Source of the DNA: Patescibacteria group bacterium
Lineage (GTDB): Bacteria; Patescibacteriota; Microgenomatia; UBA1400; PJMF01
Assembly (NCBI GenBank): GCA_039934415.1
Contig: JBDTME010000007.1
Span: 3,955-67,954, forward strand
Direction of reading: 5' to 3'
DNA length: 64,000 nt
Position numbers and translations under genes: made by a program. Positions 19,766 through 29,070 of the stretch are shown piece after piece. Under the pieces are notes generated by a model. The model saw only the letters and a list, made by a program, of their open reading frames with translations. It did not search any database and had not been told where the DNA came from. Within the stretch, counting starts at the first letter, position 1; every line of letters starts with the position of its first letter.

Positions 19766-20307
19766 CCCGTGATCACCTGATCTACTGGCTGATCTCGTTC
19801 TTCAACGGGTACTTGTTCTAGTATCTGGAACGGAAAACATACTCCAATTCTGATAATTTTTTTGGGAGTGTCATGGAAAAATTTGTCGTAGAACCCTTTT
19901 CCTCTCCCCAATCGATTTCCCGCTTGATCAAAAGCCATCCCGGGAACCAAAATGACATCAAGAAGTGATGAGTCGATTGCTGGCAGTTGCGTTGCAGGTT
20001 CACGAATACCACGGTTTTCTTCAGTGAGTTGATCTTGGTTTTTAATTTGAACAAATTCCAAAATATTTTGAAAATTAACTCGGGGGAAATAAAAATCTAG
20101 CTTCAATTCTTCAAAGACAGGCCAGATAGATGGCTCACTCTGCAATGGCGCAAATAAACCAATTGTTCGCCATTTTTTTTCTCTAATTAATGTCATGAGC
20201 TGTGCAGAGATTTTTTTCGAAAAAGTATTCAATTCATTGATAGGACACTCTTTGATCAAACTTTTCATCCTCGCACGAACTTCGTTTTTTTGATGAGTAG
20301 TAGTCAT
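19759..20307 (-). CDS. 5-formyltetrahydrofolate cyclo-ligase
   Basis: 182 aa. LDVILVPGMAFDQAGNRLGRGKGFYDKFF is the conserved MTHFS C-terminal motif (GxGxGYYD). Confidence 0.75.
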   Translation of the reverse strand: MTTTHQKNEVRARMKSLIKECPINELNTFSKKISAQLMTLIREKKWRTIGLFAPLQSEPSIWPVFEELKLDFYFPRVNFQNILEFVQIKNQDQLTEENRGIREPATQLPAIDSSLLDVILVPGMAFDQAGNRLGRGKGFYDKFFHDTPKKIIRIGVCFPFQILEQVPVEERDQPVDQVITGY

Positions 20308-20325
20308 GATTATGCAAGAAAATGA

Positions 20326-20979
20326 TTAGTCAGCAATGATACGTAAACGTGCACCACTCAAGGTAGCAAGTTCACCGCTAGAAGATTTGAGTTGTACTAC
20401 GTAGATATGAGTTCCAGTTTCCAGAGTTACTTTCTGTGATTTCCAGGTTGCGGTTTGAGTATTATTAATTAAAGCAGAACTTGAAATCAACCCACCCGAT
20501 TCTGCATCAATAAGTTGTGCTTTGGCCTCACCTCCAATAATGGATAAAGCAGATTCAAAATAAACCGCTGACATACCAGGATATTTTTTGCTGTCTAGAG
20601 AAATTGTAGTCGATTGCACCGTTGTCCAATCTCGACTCACTGTCGAACCTTCTCCGAGATAAATGGTGTACTCTTTTTGCGTTTTTGAGGATGATGACTG
20701 AACTGTTGCACGAGTTGGAAACGGTTTGACTGAGGTAACACTCTTTTCCAATTCCTCTACTCGCCCAGTCAATCCATTTTGAGTCGTTTCTAGATCTGTC
20801 ACCCTAGTGTCGAGATTTGTTTTTTCAGTCTGTGGTTGTACTTTTATTGGTAAGTTATCTAATTGCTGGAGTTTTCTTAAACTCTGATGATCAAAATAAA
20901 AAAACACCCACATCCCCAACGCATTTACCAATAAAATGAGCAGACCAAACTTGAGCAGCAGTTTCGAAAAATGAGACAT
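20326..20979 (-). CDS. Hypothetical membrane-anchored protein (N-terminal TM, coiled coil, beta-rich C-terminal domain)
   Basis: 217 aa: TM (LLILLVNALGMWVFFYF), a coiled coil (RVTDLETTQNGLTGRVEELEKS), and a Ser/Thr-rich C-terminal domain. No recognised motif. Confidence 0.5.
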   Translation of the reverse strand: MSHFSKLLLKFGLLILLVNALGMWVFFYFDHQSLRKLQQLDNLPIKVQPQTEKTNLDTRVTDLETTQNGLTGRVEELEKSVTSVKPFPTRATVQSSSSKTQKEYTIYLGEGSTVSRDWTTVQSTTISLDSKKYPGMSAVYFESALSIIGGEAKAQLIDAESGGLISSSALINNTQTATWKSQKVTLETGTHIYVVQLKSSSGELATLSGARLRIIAD

Positions 20980-21028
20980 TACTTTTCAGTATAGCAGAAG
21001 GAGTTGAGAGCTTGTTACCGATCGCAAC

Positions 21029-22459
21029 CTAACCTAACTTTTTAATTTTGACACCACCTGCAGCATCCAGCACTTGATATCCAAAGCGGGCGATTTGTTC
21101 GCGTAATCGGTCCGATTCGTCCCAATTTTTGGTTAACCTTGCTTGCTCACGTTGATCCAGCAACTGCTGAACTTCAGGTGCTAACTCCTCTTTTTTTATT
21201 TCAACTGTATCAGTAGATGCTAAATTACTAAGTCCGAGTCCTAATACTGTATCGAACTCTACTAGCAAATCGTACTTATCGATACTCGGTACATTTGATT
21301 TTAAAACCTCCCACATGACAGCAACAGCTTCGGGTGTTCTGAGGTCATCTTCGATATAACTGAAAAAACGTTGGCGGTATTCCGCGATTTGATTCACTTT
21401 TTCTTCGGATAACGCTACTCTATCAGTGTCATGTTTAAACTGAGTAATTTTGGAACTCAAGCTACTCCACGCTGTCTGGGCACCAACCACATTATCCCAA
21501 GTGAAATTCATTTCTGATCGGTAATGCGTCGATAGAAAAAGGAGTCGCAAAGCCATGGGATTGATGTTCTTTTTTATCACATCATCAATCGTAAAAAAGT
21601 TTCCCAAACTCTTGCTCATTTTCGTTCCGTCGACGTGAAGATGATTATGATGCACCCAATACCTAACAAACGGAACTTTACCAGTTGCAGCTTCTGCTTG
21701 TGCAATCTCGTTGGTGTGATGAACAGGAATGTGATCAATACCACCAGTGTGAACATCGAACTGCTCCCCTAAGTATTCCATTGCCATCGCCGAACACTCG
21801 ATGTGCCAACCAGGAAAAGTGCGTTTTCCCCAAGGACTCTCCCAAACCATAGCACGATTTTCGCCTGATCGTTCAAACTTCCAGAGTGCAAAATCAGTTG
21901 GGTTCTTTTTTCCCGGCACTGCTTCAACTCGGGCGCCTTCCATGAGTTGTTTGGGATCAAAACCTGCTAACTTTCCATAATCAGAAATTTTTGAAGTGTC
22001 AAAATAAACGCCGTCATTCTCGATAATATAAGTAAAACCTTTTTGCTCGAGTGTTTGAACAAGGGCAATCTGAGCAGGGATATGATCAGTCGCGCGGCAA
22101 CTAATATCTGGTCGCAAATTTCCCATTTTATCCATTGAATAAAAAAAGTACGCCTCAAACTCTTTTGCAATATCCCAGACTGATTTATTATATTTCTTGG
22201 CACCTTTTTCTAATTTATCTTCTCCCGTATCAGCATCAGAAGATAAGTGTCCGACATCTGTCACATTTTGGACAAACTTCACCTGATACCCTGCTCGTCG
22301 CAGCGTCCGAATCAGCACATCATCCATCGTATATTTACGCAAATGTCCCAAATGGGTATAGTCATACACCGTAAATCCACACGCATAAAAACCCACACTG
22401 GGTGCCGCGATAGGTTGAAATTCTTCGACTAGTCGAGAAAGCGTGTTGTAGAGTTTCAT
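21029..22459 (-). CDS. cysS: Cysteine--tRNA ligase
   Basis: HIGH motif (YTHLGHLRKY) and KMSKS (KMSKSLGN). Zn-binding Cys in GFYACGFTVYD, and an anticodon-binding C-terminus. The ORF track starts at TTG 22480; the ATG at 22459 gives MKLYNTLSRLVEEF, matching E. coli MLKIFNTLTRQKEEF. Confidence 0.9.
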   Translation of the reverse strand: MKLYNTLSRLVEEFQPIAAPSVGFYACGFTVYDYTHLGHLRKYTMDDVLIRTLRRAGYQVKFVQNVTDVGHLSSDADTGEDKLEKGAKKYNKSVWDIAKEFEAYFFYSMDKMGNLRPDISCRATDHIPAQIALVQTLEQKGFTYIIENDGVYFDTSKISDYGKLAGFDPKQLMEGARVEAVPGKKNPTDFALWKFERSGENRAMVWESPWGKRTFPGWHIECSAMAMEYLGEQFDVHTGGIDHIPVHHTNEIAQAEAATGKVPFVRYWVHHNHLHVDGTKMSKSLGNFFTIDDVIKKNINPMALRLLFLSTHYRSEMNFTWDNVVGAQTAWSSLSSKITQFKHDTDRVALSEEKVNQIAEYRQRFFSYIEDDLRTPEAVAVMWEVLKSNVPSIDKYDLLVEFDTVLGLGLSNLASTDTVEIKKEELAPEVQQLLDQREQARLTKNWDESDRLREQIARFGYQVLDAAGGVKIKKLG

Positions 22460-22502
22460 ATACAAATGTGATTGTAACAAATAATGATAGTCCGTTTCTT
22501 AC

Positions 22503-22530
22503 AAAAAAAATCCGCCTCTTGGACGGATCA
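22503..22530 (-). terminator. Intrinsic terminator in the cysS 5' leader (attenuator segment 3:4)
   Basis: Minus-strand RNA gAUCCGUC-CAAGA-GGCGGAU followed by UUUUUUUU: a 7-bp stem including one G-U, a 5-nt loop and a U8 tract, ending about 45 nt upstream of the cysS ATG. Confidence 0.6.
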
Positions 22531-22555
22531 AAAAACAAAAATTCCAAGAGATTTT

Positions 22556-22600
22556 TTAATCTTTGGAAGGACAACAACTGGAAAAATTGATTACTAGCAT
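22556..22600 (-). CDS. Putative cysS leader peptide with tandem Cys codons (MLVINFSSCCPSKD)
   Basis: A 14-codon minus-strand ORF (atg cta gta atc aat ttt tcc agt TGT TGT cct tcc aaa gat taa) lying between a sigma70-like promoter and the terminator. Its 3' codons and stop form segment 1 of a 1:2 / 2:3 / 3:4 alternative-pairing attenuator. Confidence 0.45.
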   Translation of the reverse strand: MLVINFSSCCPSKD

Positions 22601-22607
22601 TGGGAAT

Positions 22608-22635
22608 ATCATAAATGATCGGATTGAATTGTCAA
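22608..22635 (-). promoter_or_regulatory. Sigma70-like promoter for the cysS leader (minus strand)
   Basis: Minus-strand TTGACA (plus 22630-22635), a 16-nt spacer, then TATGAT (plus 22608-22613). The predicted TSS is at or just before the leader-peptide ATG, implying a leaderless or very short-leader mRNA. Confidence 0.45.
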
Positions 22636-22776
22636 TCATTTTGTTACACATTTGAGAGGGGTACTCTGAAATTGAACACTCTTTGCCCCCGGGTACAATT
22701 CATACATGAAAAGGACTTGATTTAGCCTTCTTTTGTGGCTAATATATGGCCAATCATTACCGGGAAGGAACATCTT

Positions 22777-23016
22777 ATGTCTATAAATGGGTCTGAACCT
22801 CAACTGCGAATTGCCCTTTCTAATCAACTTCATGAGTTTTTGCGAGAAAAAAGTCAACAATTCGGATTGACGATGGCAGCGTATGTCAGAAATTTAATCA
22901 TTCAAGATTTGAAAGATGCGCAACGACCCATTTATCAAGCCCCTATCGATATTGATGAAAGTGTCAAAAAGAAAAAAAGGTTTTCAATAAAAGGTTTAAA
23001 AATGGTTGATGGCTAG
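22777..23016 (+). CDS. Ribbon-helix-helix (CopG/Arc-like) DNA-binding protein, orphan
   Basis: SEPQLRIALSNQLHEFLREKSQQFGLTMAAYVRNLIIQDL shows the beta-strand plus two-helix RHH pattern. The start is set at the ATG after GGAAGGAA (SD); the ORF track starts at 22735. Confidence 0.5.
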   Translation: MSINGSEPQLRIALSNQLHEFLREKSQQFGLTMAAYVRNLIIQDLKDAQRPIYQAPIDIDESVKKKKRFSIKGLKMVDG

Positions 23017-23600
23017 CCGCTAGCGCCACCCATACCTTTGCGATCTTGTTGCATTTTATCAAGTGCGGCTTGACCACTCAGTTTTCCTTGTGGGACAAAG
23101 CTCTGACTCTGCTGGGCTTTTTGTTGGGCTTGTTGTTCTTTCTTTTGTTTTGCCATCTCATTTTCAGCTTCCTTACGTTGTTTCTCAGCCTGAATGCGCT
23201 GGTTGGCCACAGCCTGCTGATCAGCTGTTAATCGCTGCCAGCCCTGATGAAATTGTTGTAGTTTAGATTGCTCTTCAGGATCTTTAGGCGGACGACCGAG
23301 TCCCAACATTTCTAGAATACTTTGAGGAATTGATACAAGACTCTCTGCAACATCGCTGGCGGCCATTTTCAGTTCTTCAGTTGGCGATCCCAAATCGCGT
23401 GGAGTATGTTGAGGCTGAAAACCTTGCTGTGAAGGAGTCATGCCGGTCTGTTGACCGAGTGTTTGACCTGATTGGGCTGGTGCCTGAGTAATACTCGTTT
23501 TCTGCTGTTGAGCTTGTTGTGCAAAACCAGCTTCCATCATAGAAGCGACATCGGGTGGTACCATGCCCGGCATTGAACCTGGAGGCGGACGATTGACCAT
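23013..23600 (-). CDS. Hypothetical low-complexity Gln/Pro/Met-rich protein with coiled coil
   Basis: 195 aa: MVNRPPPGSMPGMVPPDV..., Q-rich, with a central helical and charged segment. No recognisable domain. Its 3' end overlaps the RHH gene convergently by 4 bp. Confidence 0.45.
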   Translation of the reverse strand: MVNRPPPGSMPGMVPPDVASMMEAGFAQQAQQQKTSITQAPAQSGQTLGQQTGMTPSQQGFQPQHTPRDLGSPTEELKMAASDVAESLVSIPQSILEMLGLGRPPKDPEEQSKLQQFHQGWQRLTADQQAVANQRIQAEKQRKEAENEMAKQKKEQQAQQKAQQSQSFVPQGKLSGQAALDKMQQDRKGMGGASG

Positions 23601-23625
23601 AGATCAGTAATTGAAAATAAAAAAA

Positions 23626-24111
23626 CTATTTATTGATTTTCTTGTGCTCTAACTGGCGAATTTCGAAAGGACTCACAATCTTATTAGCATCGATCTGTTG
23701 CTGGCGAATCATGTCGCGCTTCTTTTGTTCATCAGATTCAGTCTCTGTCATCATTTTTTTCCGAGCGTCTTCAATCATGCTTTGTTTTTCTGCTTCTTGT
23801 TGTTTGACTTGTTCAAGCTCTTCAAGACTTGGTCCTTGTTCAACAGCTGGTGTTTCGTTTTTCTTTTCTTCCTTACTTAAAATTTCTTCCAAGATGTCCA
23901 ATGGACTTCGTTGAGCAGGAGTGGCTGGAACAGGTTGGGTGAGATCATCCGGTCCATTAGCCAACGGTTGATCTGATTGAGGCGTGTCGTCATTTTTAAA
24001 TAAATCTTGAACAGCTGCAGCTTGAGCAACCACCTCATCCACGGAAGACGAGGCTTGTACATCAGATACTGTTTGTGGATCTACTGTGATTGGGGTTACG
24101 TCGTCGTTCAT
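23626..24111 (-). CDS. Hypothetical acidic low-complexity protein
   Basis: 161 aa, very acidic (D/E/Q-rich), and probably disordered except for a C-terminal helical region. The codon usage is consistent with a real gene. Confidence 0.45.
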   Translation of the reverse strand: MNDDVTPITVDPQTVSDVQASSSVDEVVAQAAAVQDLFKNDDTPQSDQPLANGPDDLTQPVPATPAQRSPLDILEEILSKEEKKNETPAVEQGPSLEELEQVKQQEAEKQSMIEDARKKMMTETESDEQKKRDMIRQQQIDANKIVSPFEIRQLEHKKINK

Positions 24112-24138
24112 GCCTCGATTGTACTGTGAGTCACTCCA

Positions 24139-26607
24139 TTAGTGAAGTCTTTGCTTCCAACTCCAGATCCACTTTATCACTTCTACGACCAACAAAATTA
24201 TTGCTGATGAAGAAAAGACAATGACCCATTCTTCTAGTGTGAGTGGTCTTGTCTCAAACCAGCGTTGGAAAAATGGTACATACAATGCGACGAGTTGAAA
24301 GAGAAAACCAATCACTACAGCAACGACTAGCCAAATGTTTTTGAAAATGCCTTCTTCCCAGATTGATTTACGCAAACTTCTCGATGAAAAGACATAAAAT
24401 AGTGAATCGACACCGAGCATTGTAAAGGCGATGGTCCTGGCTTCAGTCAAGCTGCCAGTTGTCATGTATACCCAGTAGTACGCTCCTAACACGAACGCGC
24501 CAGTCACAATAGAAATTGCGGCAATTAACACGGTCATTTCACCATCAATTAAAGGTGTGCTTCTCTTTCTCGGCTGTTCATAAAACAACTCTTTGCCATT
24601 GGGATCTACTGTCAGTGCTAAGTTAGGTAATCCATCATCAATCAAATTGACCCACAAAATCTGAGCCGCTGTCACAGGTAGCGGTAAACCCAACACTACG
24701 GCTCCCATCACTAGAATTATTTCAGTAAAAGAGTCAGACAACAAATATAAAATGACTTTGCGCAAATTTTCAAAAATGCCTCTGCCTTCTTCCACCGCTT
24801 CAATGATTGTTCGAAAATCATCATCGAGCAGCACCATGTCAGCAGTGTCTTTGCTCACATCAGATGCAGAACTCACTACAATTCCGATGTCTGCCCGCTT
24901 CAAGGCAGGTGCATCATTAACACCGTCTCCCGTCATTGCCACTACTTCTCCAAGCTCTTGCAAAACCTGAACAATGATTAATTTTTGGTCTGGTGAGGTG
25001 CGGGCAAATAACTTAGTTTGCGGGATGCGTTCTTTGAGCTGCAACTGTGACATTGCTTTTAAATCACTGCCCAACATCACCTCACTTGGTTTTACAGAAA
25101 GTTTCAGCTCGCGCATGACTGATCGGGCTGTTTCCGCGTAATCCCCTGTAATGACTTTGATGGATATGCCCGCTTCTTTAGCAAGCTCGAACACTTCAGT
25201 TAAACCAGTCCTCACTTCATCTCGAAATACAAAGCATCCAGCCCACTCCATTCCGTCTATGCTATTGAGAACAATTTGCCCTTCGCCCTTTTTTACTTTA
25301 CGAGTGGCTGCACCAACTACGCGATAACCTTGGGTCGTAAAGATTTTGATGGCTTGTTCAATGACTGGTCTATCGATTTTTTTGCAGATTTTAAATAATG
25401 CTTCTGGAGCTCCTAACACGATCATTAGTTCATCACTCATTCGTACCGAAAATTTTCTATCAGCAGAAAAAGGTACTTCGTCAATGATGGGTGGAACTTT
25501 TAAATGCATCGCGTGCTCATCGGCCCATAATCGAATTGCAATTTCCAGCGGATCACTACCACTGATGACACTTCGAGCAATTTCATGCATGAGTGCTTTT
25601 CGATCTGATTCAATATGAAAAACGGTTAACTCACCTTTGGTCAGAGTACCTGTTTTATCTGTACAAATGACGCTCACACTCCCCAGTGTTTCAGCTGCTA
25701 CTAATTTTCTAACTAAGGCTTTCTTTTTCAAAATCCTCTGCATGCCAATCGCTAGAATGGCGGTTAAAGAAATGACTAGTCCCTCAGGAATCGAAGAGAC
25801 AGCAACTGCGACTGATAATGTAAACATCTCTTTCAGTTCCCTACCATAAAGTATGCCTAAGAAAAAAATCAGACATGAAGCGAGGACGACGAGTACAGTC
25901 AGTTTTTTACTAAATGATTGCAACTTATTTTGCAAGGGAGTTTCTATCTCAGTGGTCGTTTGTAGACTGGTAGAGATCCCACCTAATACGGTGTGTGTTC
26001 CGGTAGAAATAACTTTCATGACTGCTTTACCAGAGCTGAGTGTGGTACCCATATACCCGAAGTGTACGGCGTTTGCGTCTTGAGAAGACGGGATAACACT
26101 CATTGTTTCAGCATTGGCCAACACTTTTTTCTCAACTGGTAAACTTTCCCCAGTTAAAACTGCCTCATTCACGCTCACTTCCTTGGCATGAAGCCACACT
26201 CCATCTGCAGGAATTTGTTCACCAGCTTCGAGATGAACAACATCACCTGGTACCACTTCTTCTATAGAAATATTTCTGATCCCCCCGTCTCGAACCACAG
26301 TCACTCTTCTCGGCAAAACTTTTGCCAGTGATTCCAATGCATTCTGTGCCTTGTATTCCTGAACGAAACCAAGTGCTGCATTGACAAGAACAGCCAGCAA
26401 AATCACTGACATATCCACGTACTCTCGCAAAACCAAAGTAATGAATGCTGCAATCAGTAAAACATAGATTAGAGGTGAACTAAATTGCGAAAAAATCAAA
26501 TGAAGCAACGAAAATGACCGACTACTCGCCAACACATTCTGGCCGTATTCTTCCAGATGAGTCTGGGCTTGTTTGGATGACAATCCTGAATACATAAAGT
26601 TAATCAT
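24139..26607 (-). CDS. P-type cation-transporting ATPase (type IIA/IIB-like, Ca2+/Mg2+ family)
   Basis: ICTDKTGTLTKG (phosphorylation site), TGDGVNDAPALKRADIGI, and a TGES-like actuator motif (LTGESLPVEK); 10 TM helices. The ORF track starts at GTG 26649; the internal ATG at 26607 (MINFMYSGLSSKQAQTHLEEYGQN) fits the family N-terminus. Confidence 0.85.
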   Translation of the reverse strand: MINFMYSGLSSKQAQTHLEEYGQNVLASSRSFSLLHLIFSQFSSPLIYVLLIAAFITLVLREYVDMSVILLAVLVNAALGFVQEYKAQNALESLAKVLPRRVTVVRDGGIRNISIEEVVPGDVVHLEAGEQIPADGVWLHAKEVSVNEAVLTGESLPVEKKVLANAETMSVIPSSQDANAVHFGYMGTTLSSGKAVMKVISTGTHTVLGGISTSLQTTTEIETPLQNKLQSFSKKLTVLVVLASCLIFFLGILYGRELKEMFTLSVAVAVSSIPEGLVISLTAILAIGMQRILKKKALVRKLVAAETLGSVSVICTDKTGTLTKGELTVFHIESDRKALMHEIARSVISGSDPLEIAIRLWADEHAMHLKVPPIIDEVPFSADRKFSVRMSDELMIVLGAPEALFKICKKIDRPVIEQAIKIFTTQGYRVVGAATRKVKKGEGQIVLNSIDGMEWAGCFVFRDEVRTGLTEVFELAKEAGISIKVITGDYAETARSVMRELKLSVKPSEVMLGSDLKAMSQLQLKERIPQTKLFARTSPDQKLIIVQVLQELGEVVAMTGDGVNDAPALKRADIGIVVSSASDVSKDTADMVLLDDDFRTIIEAVEEGRGIFENLRKVILYLLSDSFTEIILVMGAVVLGLPLPVTAAQILWVNLIDDGLPNLALTVDPNGKELFYEQPRKRSTPLIDGEMTVLIAAISIVTGAFVLGAYYWVYMTTGSLTEARTIAFTMLGVDSLFYVFSSRSLRKSIWEEGIFKNIWLVVAVVIGFLFQLVALYVPFFQRWFETRPLTLEEWVIVFSSSAIILLVVEVIKWIWSWKQRLH

Positions 26608-26691
26608 AACAGAAAAGGAAAAGTGATGATCATTGGTTGAAAAAAACACTAAATCTGGTATGATTTACCCAACACAGACACAAGGAGATAT

Positions 26692-26871
26692 ATGACACTC
26701 GAAAACCAAGACTTAACACCAGATTTGCATTCTAAGCTAGTAGATATGTCAACTCAAACTGAAGTTGACTTGAACAACGAGAATCAAGTTCCTCAAGAAG
26801 CTCTAATACTCGCTCATGATGCTGCGGCTGCAGTTGATGCTTTCTTTGAGACACTACGCCAAGCTCAATAA
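26692..26871 (+). CDS. Small acidic protein (59 aa), hypothetical
   Basis: Not in the ORF track because it is under 60 aa. ATG at 26692 is preceded by AAGGAG (26682-26687) and a TGgTATGAT extended -10. The product is MTLENQDLTPDLHSKLVDMSTQTEVDLNNENQVPQEALILAHDAAAAVDAFFETLRQAQ. The stop is 3 nt from the convergent 254-aa gene. Confidence 0.45.
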   Translation: MTLENQDLTPDLHSKLVDMSTQTEVDLNNENQVPQEALILAHDAAAAVDAFFETLRQAQ

Positions 26872-26873
26872 AT

Positions 26874-27638
26874 TCATTCCTGTTTTAAAAGTTTTTCCGC
26901 TTGTTTTGGACGTTGTACGCCAATTTCTGAAGCCAATAATCTACAAAATGTTAGTCTAAAACTTGCTGCCCCACTGACCTTTCCAGTCGACTCTTCTACC
27001 GTATCTGCAAAAACGTTCGGGACTCCAAATGAAATTGCCAGGTTTATAAACTTACCCCGATTATTGTAAATTTCCAAGTTCTGATAAACATCTTTGTATA
27101 ACTTTTCTAGAAGTATTGTTAATTCAGATAATTTTACAATTCCTGGATTGATCACCTCATCTTTTTCAGTAGAATAATCTTTAATTATCAGTTTTAAGCC
27201 ATCTAAAAACTTTCTCGCTGTTTTTGACTGAGTTACTACTTCGGTAACAGCTTCACCCAAGTTTTTTTTCTCATTCGTTGGTTCGATCATCATTACAGCC
27301 GTCTCTTCTCCTGAAGTTTCTGTTATTTGCTCTCTACCGTTATGATCGGCACTCGCGCCGTTTCTATTCGGGGTTAAATCTGGTGAATTATTCATTTCAT
27401 TTTTGATTAAAGCAATTGGCTTTGGTTCAAAGACTCCAAAATTTGAATTTAGATAAAGAAAATGAAGCGGACACATCATACTCGTATGTCCTTCAAAGCT
27501 GTTACACCCACCTACTGCCCGAGTTTGACACATCCAACAATGTTCCACATTATCCGCATGAGGTTCAGTTTGTTGCTGCAAATCAAGATGAGGACGATGT
27601 AGATCGTCGGCATATTTTGGATTAAGTTCGATTGACAT
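26874..27638 (-). CDS. Hypothetical protein with N-terminal Cys/His cluster (possible Zn-ribbon)
   Basis: 254 aa. HCWMCQTRAVGGCNSFEGHTSMMCPLHF has a C-x2-C...C...H...C-x2-H arrangement. The middle is acidic and disordered and the C-terminal half is helical. No recognised family. Confidence 0.5.
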   Translation of the reverse strand: MSIELNPKYADDLHRPHLDLQQQTEPHADNVEHCWMCQTRAVGGCNSFEGHTSMMCPLHFLYLNSNFGVFEPKPIALIKNEMNNSPDLTPNRNGASADHNGREQITETSGEETAVMMIEPTNEKKNLGEAVTEVVTQSKTARKFLDGLKLIIKDYSTEKDEVINPGIVKLSELTILLEKLYKDVYQNLEIYNNRGKFINLAISFGVPNVFADTVEESTGKVSGAASFRLTFCRLLASEIGVQRPKQAEKLLKQE

Positions 27639-27756
27639 ACTCTAAAAAAGAAAACTCCCAGACTTTTATCTAGGAGAAAAACATGGATTATCCTATCATC
27701 ATGGATTTGTTTTTTAAAGAGAGGAAAAAAGACCTTTAAAAAATACGATTTTAAAA

Positions 27757-28368
27757 TCAAGTATTATGTATTCGTGGAGGTGATGGCTGCCGCGCAAGCT
27801 TTAGAAGAGTTGCGGTAATATTAATTATTCGTACTTTCCTTTGATCAGCAAAACGAGGTTCATTGAGGTCTTCTTCATCTACAGGCCCATCCGCAAGATA
27901 TGGCAAACGCAATTCAGGATATTGAGGGATAGAAAAGTTGGGATGATCCTCAGCAAACGTTAAATTTAAAACCATAAGACTAATCATGTACTCAATACCA
28001 TCATTTTCATCTGGAAAGACTTTTTCTAACAAGACTGTGATAAACGCTTCTAATTCCGTAATATTTTTAAGCTGATCCATAACAACGGGACTTACTTCAA
28101 CAATCAATTTTGGGTCTGCAACATTCCTTTCGAGTGGTGCTGTTGCTTGAACTTTTGGCTCAGAAATTTGGTCTTCTGCTGGGATAGCTGGTATCGCATC
28201 TTGATTCTCAGCATCTGGTAACGGTCGAGGCCCCATTGCCGGAAAACTCTGAGTGCGTCGGGTGTATTCATTATCTGGAATGAGATCTTCTCTCGGTACA
28301 CCTATATCAAATTGATCCTGTTCATTTGATCTTGGTAACTCATGAAGTTGTTCCTGCGGTGCACTCAT
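27757..28368 (-). CDS. Hypothetical acidic protein
   Basis: 203 aa with a Pro/Glu/Asp-rich N-terminal half and a structured C-terminal half (DGIEYMISLMVLNLTFAEDHPNF). No recognised family. Confidence 0.5.
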   Translation of the reverse strand: MSAPQEQLHELPRSNEQDQFDIGVPREDLIPDNEYTRRTQSFPAMGPRPLPDAENQDAIPAIPAEDQISEPKVQATAPLERNVADPKLIVEVSPVVMDQLKNITELEAFITVLLEKVFPDENDGIEYMISLMVLNLTFAEDHPNFSIPQYPELRLPYLADGPVDEEDLNEPRFADQRKVRIINITATLLKLARQPSPPRIHNT

Positions 28369-28424
28369 ATTTCCTCCTTCAACTCAAAAAACAATTTTCA
28401 ATATGAGTATACCCCTTTACGTCT

Positions 28425-28778
28425 CTAGCCAGAAATCGGCAAGAGAGATGAGCGTCGGTGAATTCGACGTGCGCGTCGATCTATCCACTTCTCTTTTCTT
28501 TTTCGCAGGGACAGACTGGCGTCTTTCATTGCTTCCGAAACTGCCAAGTACAGATCATGTGCTTTTGATTTCGTGACCACGTCTTTCCCTGGAATCATCA
28601 CGTGTACTTGAGCACTCGCCTCTTGTTCTACTCCAGCCTTTGTTCTTACAGTTTCCAAAAACACATTGACAGCAGTAACTTTGTGGGAAAACTTACCGAG
28701 CTTGAGCACCTGTTTCATCACATACTGGCGCAAGCCGTCCGTGATCTTTAGGGTTTTAGAATGAACAAGAATGTTCAT
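28425..28778 (-). CDS. hpf: Ribosome hibernation promoting factor (HPF/RaiA/YfiA family)
   Basis: MNILVHSKTLKITDGLRQYVMKQVLKLGKF...VNVFLE...QVHVMIPGKD is the typical sigma54-modulation/HPF fold signature; the short form. Confidence 0.8.
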   Translation of the reverse strand: MNILVHSKTLKITDGLRQYVMKQVLKLGKFSHKVTAVNVFLETVRTKAGVEQEASAQVHVMIPGKDVVTKSKAHDLYLAVSEAMKDASLSLRKRKEKWIDRRARRIHRRSSLLPISG

Positions 28779-29070
28779 GTGTCCTCCTTAAATTCGCTTC
28801 GTAGGCGTCTTGCGTGTGTTACAAACAAGAGCGAAACAAACATATTTTATTAATAAACAGAATTGTCCATTAAAAAAATGAAAGTTAGCTGAACGGGGAG
28901 AAAAAAACTTCCAATCAAGTTAGGATAGAAGTCTGATAAAGAGGATTGTGAATTTTTTGATGAACTATTAAGAAACTTATTAAGTTGCATTCAAAGTATA
29001 ATTTTACAACCGTGTCAACAGAAATGAACTAGTACTTAACAAGTAAAAGCAGTAATTAAGGACTCAACTT

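Noticed and set aside
22460-22740. T-box riboswitch upstream of cysS
   Set aside because: No GGGUGGNACCGCG-like T-box sequence is present. The leader is too short (about 140 nt) and is better explained by a leader-peptide attenuator. The AGAGUACC and UGU-containing stretch further upstream lies beyond the mapped promoter.
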